IMG/VR virus record: IMGVR_UViG_3300042540_000426
DNA from: an uncultured virus (IMG/VR IMGVR_UViG_3300042540_000426)
Taxonomy: Duplodnaviria > Heunggongvirae > Uroviricota > Caudoviricetes
Direction: 5' to 3' (one strand)
Length of the DNA: 20,000 nucleotides
Shown here: piece after piece, positions 1-6,253 of the stretch
How positions within the stretch are numbered: the first letter of the stretch is position 1
Layout: each line of letters starts with the position of its first letter
Program-made: the position numbers and the translations under genes
Notes under the pieces: model-generated
Seen by the model: only the letters and a program-made list of their open reading frames with translations
Told to the model about the DNA's origin: nothing
Database searches by the model: none

Positions 1-1199
1 ATGCGCAATCCTCGGCTTTTTAGACCGCCAGGGAGATTAGATAAAGTGCCAGCATCGACAAGCTGGCGCATGATACTAGTTGCACTCTTCGCGTAACCAC
101 CAATAAGGTGAAATAGTCCAAAGCCATAAGCGCCATAACCAGGAATATACTGGTAATGCACAAAATGGTGCCGCTTAAGTTTAAGAGGGTCATCTTCCTT
201 CCAGTTTCTGCGAATTGCTAGGACTTGGTTTGTGCCGCGGATCATGGTTACTACATATGGCAGACCAATGCCGGTGGCGTTACCTTCTTTATCTTTATCC
301 TCATACCCCGGCAAGTCCAAGTCTACGTGCGCTTCGTAAATTTCAAAGCGGTCGTCGTACGTTGCAGAGAAACCTGTCTCTTTGTCCTTGCGCTCTTGAA
401 TATCGCTGGTGAACTTGCTTGGTTCACCCAAATCAACATCACGATAAAACCCTGCATTGATTAGTTTGAGTAGGTCGTTCTTGGTCTTGCGCATCACATG
501 GGTAATGCGATGGCAAGTGTTTATCTCGCTAATCCCGTAGGGCAAGATGATGTCTTCTGCTGGAATAAACACCGATACTTGGCGCTCTAGGCTTGGGTCG
601 TAGTAGACCTTTTTAAATGCGGAACCGGCTGACGGCAGGTTCCATAACATCTTTTCGTGCTCAGGGCGGTACTCAGGCATTTTCTCCGTGAGTTGATAGT
701 TCATGTCTTCTTGAACACGCACTGCCGCTTCTTTTTTTTCAGTTGTTTCTTTACCTATTATTTGCGTTCTTACAGGCCCTTTGGCTGGGAACGTCTCCAT
801 GATGGTGTCTGACTGAAAGCGCACCACCGCCTCTGTAATCATCGGATGGAACACGCCGCATGCGCCGTCCCATGGCTCTGTTCTCTCCTCGAACTTCAAG
901 CCCAGCAACGTAATACCGTCCTTATACATCTGCTCCCAGTCTTTGCGGGAAGCCAAATCGTTACTAATATCCTCAGCCAAATCACCCGCCAAACTCTGTA
1001 TGTCTCCTTCAGACATAACATCCGCAAGGTTCACATCAAAGTTTTCAGCGTCTTCGCCAGCCTCAATCTCAAGAATCTCTTCGCCCTCAACACTAACTCG
1101 TACCGCTTCTGGGTCCTCGATCTCAACCTCAATGTCCGGCTCGCCCACTAAAGCTTCCAGCCCTTTTGGCGCTTCGTACAAACTTTTCTCTATGCTCAT
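1..1199 (-). CDS. Portal protein (5' part; runs off the window start)
   Basis: Not in the ORF track because it has no stop in the window. Manual translation from ATG at 1199 (AAGGA RBS 8 nt upstream): MSIEKSLYEAPKGLEAL...SRKDWEQMYKDGITLLGLKFEERTEPWDGACGVFHPMITEAVVRFQ...GSAFKKVYYDP. Resembles podovirus-type portal proteins and lies directly downstream of terL. Confidence 0.85.
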   Translation of the reverse strand, partial: MSIEKSLYEAPKGLEALVGEPDIEVEIEDPEAVRVSVEGEEILEIEAGEDAENFDVNLADVMSEGDIQSLAGDLAEDISNDLASRKDWEQMYKDGITLLGLKFEERTEPWDGACGVFHPMITEAVVRFQSDTIMETFPAKGPVRTQIIGKETTEKKEAAVRVQEDMNYQLTEKMPEYRPEHEKMLWNLPSAGSAFKKVYYDPSLERQVSVFIPAEDIILPYGISEINTCHRITHVMRKTKNDLLKLINAGFYRDVDLGEPSKFTSDIQERKDKETGFSATYDDRFEIYEAHVDLDLPGYEDKDKEGNATGIGLPYVVTMIRGTNQVLAIRRNWKEDDPLKLKRHHFVHYQYIPGYGAYGFGLFHLIGGYAKSATSIMRQLVDAGTLSNLPGGLKSRGLR

Positions 1200-1222
1200 A
1201 TCATCCGTCCTTAATTTTTAGC

Positions 1223-2776
1223 CTAGTAGTACGCAGCTTTTTTGCGGTACTTGTATAGGTATTCATCATCTTTTTCGTCGGAGTCCAACGAAATAAACCC
1301 GCCTTGTCTAAAACGCAAAAGCGCCTGAGTCGTAGTATCAACGAAGTCGTCGTGTTCGCCAACTGGGAACGATGCTATTTCTTCAACAACTTCGCGTGCC
1401 CAGCGTGTATCTGGCGCCCACACTTTACCGGACGTAAACAAATCAGCTACCGCATTCAAACGTACCATCTTGTCGTTGCCGCGCGACGGGGTGAACTCTT
1501 GTACCGGTATGCCCATACGCCGTAGTTCTTGAATCAACGGGCCGCCCGCTGCTTTCTTTTCCACAATAAACGCGTCTGGCTGCCACTCTTTGTATTGTTT
1601 AAGTGCCTCTTGTTTGAGGTCTGGGAAGGCAAGGCGGTCTTTGAAAGCATCTAGCAGGATGAGGTTTGGGTTGTTCTTATCCTCGTTGTTGTACCAGATA
1701 CCCCATGTCGTACATGCGCTGTAGTCAGATGTCGTTTTGGTCTCATGTGCCGTATCCCAAGACTGAATGATGTAGTCGCAAGGTGGTGGGTCGTCGTTTT
1801 CCCATACCTGCCAGTCTTTTCTAGACACAATTGCAGCCATGTCTGACGTCGGTTTTTGCATGTACTGGGCGTTCCAGTACCGCGGGTCCATCTGTTGTTT
1901 TTTAGCTTTTAACTGATCCAGAGGCCACTGCGCAGGCCATAAGCTTTTCTCTTCGTCGGTGCCTTCATTGAGAATTGCGGGTAGTTCTACCAACTCCCAT
2001 GGCTCGCTGTCTGGATTGTTGATCCCAAAGTTAATCAAGCGCCCAGTCAAGTCCAACAAAGACCACCTAGTCATAATTACGACAATCGCACCGCCTGGCA
2101 TGAGACGTTGTAGCGGTCCGGTCTGAAACCAAGACCATGCATTATCAAACGTAGCCCTGCTGTTGACCTTTATGTCTTGTTCTGAGTGTGGGTCGTCAAT
2201 AACAAATAAGTCAGCACCGCGTCCGGCGAGCGCACCACCGACACCAACAGCGTAATACTGACCACCAGCCCCAGTAGACCATTTGCCAGCCGCTTTTTGG
2301 TCATCTGCGACCACTGTATTTGGAAATACTTCATGGTACTCCTCTGAATCTAGTAAATTTCTTACCCGCCGACCAAAGTCCTCAGACAAACCAGCCGTAT
2401 GCGTAGCCATGATAATCTTTTTGCTTGGGTCTTGACCTAGAAAAAAGGCTGGGAATAAATAAGACGAGAACTCAGACTTACCCATACGTGGCGCTATGTT
2501 GATGATTACCCTCTTCTTTTTCCCCGCGAGTACGTCTTGGAAGATTTTTGCCAGTTTTTTGTGCTGTGGGCCTACTTTAAAGCCCGGATATACGTATTGG
2601 GCAAAAGCAATCGGGTTGGTTCGCGCCATTTTTAACTCAACGCGGTCTTCTTTTTTCTCGAGGCTATGCAAAAACACCAACTTCTCTTCTCGCGTCATGT
2701 CTTTTAGCGCTTTTTGCGCCGCAAACGCTTCTTCTGGCGTTAAGACTTCTGCTTTTTCTAGGGTTGAGAGGCTCAT
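1223..2776 (-). CDS. terL: Terminase large subunit
   Basis: Walker A-like IAPRMGKS, Walker B FVIDDP, coupling motif IMTRW; C-terminal nuclease motifs QSWDTA, SDYSA, IVEKKAAG and HDDFVD. Confidence 0.95.
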   Translation of the reverse strand: MSLSTLEKAEVLTPEEAFAAQKALKDMTREEKLVFLHSLEKKEDRVELKMARTNPIAFAQYVYPGFKVGPQHKKLAKIFQDVLAGKKKRVIINIAPRMGKSEFSSYLFPAFFLGQDPSKKIIMATHTAGLSEDFGRRVRNLLDSEEYHEVFPNTVVADDQKAAGKWSTGAGGQYYAVGVGGALAGRGADLFVIDDPHSEQDIKVNSRATFDNAWSWFQTGPLQRLMPGGAIVVIMTRWSLLDLTGRLINFGINNPDSEPWELVELPAILNEGTDEEKSLWPAQWPLDQLKAKKQQMDPRYWNAQYMQKPTSDMAAIVSRKDWQVWENDDPPPCDYIIQSWDTAHETKTTSDYSACTTWGIWYNNEDKNNPNLILLDAFKDRLAFPDLKQEALKQYKEWQPDAFIVEKKAAGGPLIQELRRMGIPVQEFTPSRGNDKMVRLNAVADLFTSGKVWAPDTRWAREVVEEIASFPVGEHDDFVDTTTQALLRFRQGGFISLDSDEKDDEYLYKYRKKAAYY

Positions 2777-2782
2777 TTTTTA

Positions 2783-3364
2783 TTACTCGTCGTCTTTTTC
2801 TTTAAAATCCGCCTCAACCACGTCGACCGCGCCCATGTATTTACTTAATTTATTTTTTATTTTTTCATCTAGCTCTTCGTCGCTGATTTCATCTGTCTTT
2901 ACAGAAAGCCTTTCTGTAAAGAGCGCCACTTCCGTCACCTTACCCAGCATTTCCAAGGCTTTTAGACGTATCCGGGCGTCGGGGTGGTCGGTTTCTTTTA
3001 CTATTTTGGCTACCGACATACTGCGTAGCTCTTCTGCTTGCTCGATAAACTTCCACTGGTAGGCAGTAACCATACCAACTGCGCTTTTTATCTCTTCTGG
3101 GAGATCCAGTTCGAGTAGTTTTTGTTTGGCGTTGGGGTTGCCCGTGGTTAGGGCGTTGAATGTGTCGGCGACTTTCTCTTGTTTTGCCCCATCCATTATT
3201 TCATCGTCTTCCTCGGCGAGGCTTGCCAGCCACTGGCTGGTTTTTATCTGCGCGTTTAGCGTCTGTGCTGGGGTAAGGGGGTCTAGTGGGGTGAAAGCGG
3301 TATCACCAGAAATTATTTCTGGGATAAAGTCAGCGGCTGAAGCAGTGACCAAATGCTCTAACAA
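2783..3364 (-). CDS. terS: Probable terminase small subunit
   Basis: 193 aa, immediately upstream of terL; TTG start with AAAGGAG RBS; helical C-terminal RLKALEMLGK motif typical of small terminases. The call is largely positional. Confidence 0.6.
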   Translation of the reverse strand: MLEHLVTASAADFIPEIISGDTAFTPLDPLTPAQTLNAQIKTSQWLASLAEEDDEIMDGAKQEKVADTFNALTTGNPNAKQKLLELDLPEEIKSAVGMVTAYQWKFIEQAEELRSMSVAKIVKETDHPDARIRLKALEMLGKVTEVALFTERLSVKTDEISDEELDEKIKNKLSKYMGAVDVVEADFKEKDDE

Positions 3365-3430
3365 AAACTAACTCCTTTGGTTGCGTGTGGAACTCACGAT
3401 TTTTCCGATTCTACTTTGTTTTTTAGCTGT

Positions 3431-3441
3431 TGTGTTATTAT
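3431..3441 (+). promoter_or_regulatory. Extended -10 sigma70-type promoter for the candidate sRNA
   Basis: TGTGTTATTAT matches TRTGnTATAAT with one mismatch. The predicted +1 is A3448, the first base of the hairpin. Confidence 0.6.
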
Positions 3442-3447
3442 TTTCTT

Positions 3448-3532
3448 ACCGTGCCTATTTCCTTCGTTTGGTGGCGCGGTTCCTTATAGGTAAGTGACTT
3501 CATACCCCGGACTAGTTCCGGGGTTTTTTTTT
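3448..3532 (+). ncRNA. Candidate trans-acting antisense sRNA (~83 nt)
   Basis: Stem ACCGTGCC/GGCGCGGT (3448-3455/3473-3480, one G-U), 17-nt loop TATTTCCTTCGTTTGGT, linker with TTCCTTAT, then a terminator. No ORF. The loop is complementary to the RBS regions of several plus-strand genes. Confidence 0.7.
3504..3532 (+). terminator. Rho-independent terminator
   Basis: ACCCCGGA-ctagt-TCCGGGGT followed by a T run (3524-3532); the U-tract is on the + strand only. Confidence 0.85.
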
Positions 3533-3655
3533 GAATAAGTGGGGTACTAGCGACAAACATATACGTAGTTGGCAGAAAGGTATGTGCGCTTCCTAGATAG
3601 CGCTTTTCACGTTCCTACGTACCGCGTTCCCCCGGTCCACGTGAAGGACAAGATT

Positions 3656-3683
3656 AGTGTACTGCGTTTTCGTGGGTTTGCAA
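3656..3683 (-). promoter_or_regulatory. Possible promoter for the packaging operon
   Basis: Minus strand reads TTGCAA-N16-TACACT, pointing toward terS. Confidence 0.3.
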
Positions 3684-3855
3684 GTGTCAAGTATTTGACA
3701 TGACTCGGTGGATTTTTTTACAAAATTTGACAAAAATTGGTTTTGCGGCTGAGGAATAGTATACGCATACAACACGATACGGCTAACCAAAACGGCTTGG
3801 TGGGTATCGGGTGGGGTTCACGCCACGCTGAATCATGAAGTTCTCCACAACAGGT

Positions 3856-3866
3856 TGTGGTATACT
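3856..3866 (+). promoter_or_regulatory. Extended -10 early promoter
   Basis: TGTGGTATACT (TRTGnTATAcT), overlapped by the inverted repeat CCACAA-cagg-TTGTGG. Confidence 0.65.
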
Positions 3867-3906
3867 GTGGTTGTCGGTAAGGCTTGTAGGGCTTACTGAT
3901 ACAGGT

Positions 3907-3935
3907 AGCCAAAGCCGTTGTGCTTTGGCTTTTTT
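3907..3935 (+). terminator. Rho-independent terminator or attenuator upstream of the first early gene
   Basis: AGCCAAAGC-cgttgt-GCTTTGGCT followed by TTTTT. Confidence 0.7.
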
Positions 3936-3936
3936 A

Positions 3937-3956
3937 TTTGGGACATCTGTCCCAAA
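3937..3956. repeat. Palindromic operator-like site, copy 1
   Basis: TTTGGGACA-tc-TGTCCCAAA. Confidence 0.8.
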
Positions 3957-3977
3957 CATTTCATAAGGAGTTTCAAT

Positions 3978-4382
3978 ATGTCTACACTATCTAATGCACT
4001 CATCACGCTAATCACAGCAGAGCAAGGCTGGAAGAAGGCTTTGGCTGACGCCCTTAACGGCAAGAAGTTTCTGCCTGAGAAGGCTGTTATTCAGTTAGGT
4101 GAAGCCGTTTGCAAGAAGTATGATTGTTTCGTTGACGTGGCAGAGAATGGTATGTATCGGTTCTACAAGACCGAAGAAGTAAGTAGTGCAAACATTCACG
4201 AAGCCGCAAAGAAAATGTGGCAACGCAGGGTTGCACCATACCACAACATCACCCGTAATAATCGTGGTGGCGACACAAGTTCTCAGCAAGACGTTGTGCA
4301 ATCCAAAGCCAAGGTAATCAAGTCTTGGGGCATGAGCAAGGCTCAGGTGTTGCGTGCTGTTGAGCGTGCTTTTGCCAAGTGA
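3978..4382 (+). CDS. Hypothetical early protein (134 aa)
   Basis: ATG at 3978 preceded by TAAGGAG; preferred over the track's TTG at 3918. Confidence 0.85.
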   Translation: MSTLSNALITLITAEQGWKKALADALNGKKFLPEKAVIQLGEAVCKKYDCFVDVAENGMYRFYKTEEVSSANIHEAAKKMWQRRVAPYHNITRNNRGGDTSSQQDVVQSKAKVIKSWGMSKAQVLRAVERAFAK

Positions 4383-4400
4383 TTGGGACAACTGTCCCAA
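4383..4400. repeat. Palindromic operator-like site, copy 2
   Basis: TTGGGACA-ac-TGTCCCAA directly after the stop codon. Confidence 0.8.
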
Positions 4401-4405
4401 ACAAG

Positions 4406-4470
4406 TTTGACAGAATTCGTAGGGAAAGGCGAGAGGGCGCGGCTTCTCTGCGATTCTGTTTATTGTCAAA
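4406..4470 (+). other. Long intergenic RNA hairpin
   Basis: ACAGAA-T-TCGTAGGGAA pairs with TTCTCTGCGA-TTCTGT (includes G-U pairs); TTTGAC/GTCAAA offers an alternative outer closure. Confidence 0.55.
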
Positions 4471-4494
4471 TCCACGCCCTCATAGGAGTTAATC

Positions 4495-4671
4495 ATGTAT
4501 GAACCATTGTTAGAACCCAAAGTTGTAAAGGTTGAACTCATGCCTGAGAGTGATGTTATTCAAGGTATGCAGACCTATGAAGTTACCTACGAAGACGGCG
4601 AGGTTCGTGGCTTTCTTGCGAACTCATGCGAACAAGCCATTGATTTTGCGTATCGCTTTTACTTTATCTAA
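4495..4671 (+). CDS. Small hypothetical protein (58 aa)
   Basis: Manual translation MYEPLLEPKVVKVELMPE...AYRFYFI; TAGGAG RBS; below the ORF-track cutoff. Confidence 0.75.
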   Translation: MYEPLLEPKVVKVELMPESDVIQGMQTYEVTYEDGEVRGFLANSCEQAIDFAYRFYFI

Positions 4672-4680
4672 GGAGTAATC

Positions 4681-4845
4681 ATGTTATCAAACCAAAACTG
4701 TTATCTGTTATCACAAGTTGTTGTCAAGAAACCTAAGACCAAAAAGGTTCAGCCTGTGCGACCTGTTGTAAAAACACAGCCCATGACCATGCAAGAAGCG
4801 TTTCTCAAAATCAACGCCCTTGACTACATCAAAAACAAGTTTTAA
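4681..4845 (+). CDS. Small basic hypothetical protein (54 aa)
   Basis: MLSNQNCYLLSQVVVKKPKTKKV...YIKNKF; TAAGGAG RBS overlapping the previous stop codon. Confidence 0.75.
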   Translation: MLSNQNCYLLSQVVVKKPKTKKVQPVRPVVKTQPMTMQEAFLKINALDYIKNKF

Positions 4846-4871
4846 CTAACCAACAAACGAAAGGAATTACC

Positions 4872-5075
4872 ATGAAATTCAACCCAAACAAACACAGCGG
4901 TGGCGGTGTTGTATTCATTGATGTCTTTACCAAGAAACCTGTAACGGATTCGTGGTGTAAAGAGTATGAGTCTGCCAAGAAGTTTTGGATACGCCACTAT
5001 CACAAAGACCCTAACATAGCCATGCGCCCTGTCGCTGATGTTAACTTCTTCTTCATGCGTCATGGTATCTTCTGA
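4872..5075 (+). CDS. Small hypothetical protein (67 aa)
   Basis: AAAGGA RBS within the CAAACGAAAGGAA motif; co-oriented with its neighbours. Confidence 0.8.
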   Translation: MKFNPNKHSGGGVVFIDVFTKKPVTDSWCKEYESAKKFWIRHYHKDPNIAMRPVADVNFFFMRHGIF

Positions 5076-5077
5076 CC

Positions 5078-5101
5078 TGTTTGGGACACTTGTCCCAAAC
5101 A
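5078..5101. repeat. Palindromic operator-like site, copy 3
   Basis: TGTTTGGGACA-ct-TGTCCCAAACA just after the stop codon. Confidence 0.8.
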
Positions 5102-5137
5102 TATTGTGGAGAACGGGGTTTTGGGGGCATCTGACAA

Positions 5138-5420
5138 ACGTCCACCTTTTAACCCATAGCGGACACCATGTTGCCGCCCCCAACCCGTTGTGCGTTAAGG
5201 CTCCGTCCAACTTTCGGTATACTAGTATATATAAATATATATTCTTATCTCTCTAATAATAAGTAAGAAAAAAATGGACGGAGTTGCTTCACTTAATTTT
5301 TTTCCTTTGATAATTTTTTATTTTTGATAGACGTGTATACACAATTTGTATCAAACCCAATTACAATAAAGCCTACACGGCGGCTATCCATACGTCCACC
5401 TTGGGTTAAACAGTGGACAT
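5138..5420. other. Putative replication origin (AT-rich core with nested inverted repeats)
   Basis: Outer 25-bp imperfect inverted repeats at 5140-5164 and 5394-5418; inner perfect 9-bp inverted repeats at 5201-5209 and 5275-5283; AT-rich core containing the palindrome TATACTAGTATA. Confidence 0.5.
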
Positions 5421-5442
5421 TTCATAATTTAGGGTGACGGAA

Positions 5443-6021
5443 ATGCACGAACAGCACGACAAACAACAGAATAAAACCTGCACAATGTGTGGCGAAACAA
5501 AACCACGCAACGAATTCAAGCGACGCTTAACTAAGCGACAATCAGCCGCACTACTACGCAGACCCTCAATCTCAACCGCACTCACCGTCATCTCTACTCG
5601 TTGTAAAACCTGTTGGGCGCAAACCAAAAGCCGAAAGCCACTCACCATCAAACAAATCAAGAGCAAGAAAGCGAGTGGTGATTTAAGGGGTGTGGTAGCA
5701 GACATACTACTCACGCAACGCAAACAAAACGCCAACGCAATCAAGAGCAGAGTCATGAAAGAGTATTGGGAAAAGCAAAGAACCGCACCTATCAAACAAC
5801 TAGAACAAAACTTACGGCAACAAGTTGCCAAATACAAGAACAGATACCACGCAACAAAATCAAAAGACCCACATCACGCCCTGCTAGCGCAACATAAAAA
5901 CAACTACGAGATGGCAAGGCGGGTAAGAGATGAGTTGTTGGCGAGAGCAAAGGCAGGTGAAGTGTTTGATGTTGATGTTTTGATTGATGTTTATTTTAAG
6001 AAAGGAGTAAGTGATGTTTGA
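5443..6021 (+). CDS. Basic protein with an N-terminal Cys4 zinc finger
   Basis: CTMCGETKPRNEF...RCKTC; very K/R-rich. The start could be GTG 5434 or ATG 5443. Confidence 0.75.
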   Translation: MHEQHDKQQNKTCTMCGETKPRNEFKRRLTKRQSAALLRRPSISTALTVISTRCKTCWAQTKSRKPLTIKQIKSKKASGDLRGVVADILLTQRKQNANAIKSRVMKEYWEKQRTAPIKQLEQNLRQQVAKYKNRYHATKSKDPHHALLAQHKNNYEMARRVRDELLARAKAGEVFDVDVLIDVYFKKGVSDV

Positions 6022-6109
6022 TTGGACTGAGAAGTATGGTTGGGTATTGATTTGTTTTACTTTTATTTTCATGGCGTGTCAGTTGATACGCTTCTTTATA
6101 GGGGGGTGA
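6014..6109 (+). CDS. Membrane microprotein (31 aa)
   Basis: MFDWTEKYGWVLICFTFIFMACQLIRFFIGG; AAAGGAG RBS; overlaps the previous stop codon. Confidence 0.6.
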   Translation: MFDWTEKYGWVLICFTFIFMACQLIRFFIGG

Positions 6110-6110
6110 T

Positions 6111-6209
6111 ATGACTGAGTTTTTTAAGCAGTGCTTTAGGTGTGGCAAACGAGGGGTTAGTCGTTGCCATGCTTGTTCGAAAGCGGAGAGAATTCTCTCC
6201 AACAAGTAG
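6111..6209 (+). CDS. Zinc-finger microprotein (32 aa)
   Basis: MTEFFKQCFRCGKRGVSRCHACSKAERILSNK has two CxxC motifs; GGGGGTG upstream. Confidence 0.5.
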   Translation: MTEFFKQCFRCGKRGVSRCHACSKAERILSNK

Positions 6210-6253
6210 CACAAACCACTTTACAAACAAACGAAGAAAGGTAGGTTAGCAGT

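Noticed and set aside
215..3371. Plus-strand ORFs over the packaging operon (215, 225, 846, 943, 1304, 2496, 3126)
   Set aside because: They are antisense shadows of the portal, terL and terS genes, with no motifs or convincing RBS.
3456..3472. Reading the sRNA loop on the minus strand as the RBS (ACCAAACGAAGGAA) of a gene
   Set aside because: No ATG/GTG/TTG follows at a usable distance, and the promoter, G-U pair and terminator U-tract all favour a plus-strand RNA.
3633..3648. parS-like sequence CGGTCCACGTGAAGGA
   Set aside because: Only about 12/16 match to the consensus, poor symmetry, single copy, and no parAB in the window.
3918..3977. N-terminal extension of the first early ORF from TTG 3918
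   Set aside because: It lies in the terminator and palindrome; the strong RBS supports ATG 3978.
3695..4412. Perfect TTGACA hexamers at 3695, 3727 and 4407 as -35 boxes
   Set aside because: There is no good -10 element at 16-18 bp spacing; two of them are better explained as arms of inverted repeats.
3937..5101. Palindromic repeats as a CRISPR array or matS sites
   Set aside because: Spacing is hundreds of bp and irregular with genes in between, there are no cas genes, and the sequence and spacer length differ from matS (GTGACRNYGTCAC).
6146..6156. CAAACGAGGGG as an additional sRNA target leader
   Set aside because: It falls inside the zinc-finger micro-ORF, and the downstream 26-codon ORF (ATG 6169) has long SD spacing and no other support.
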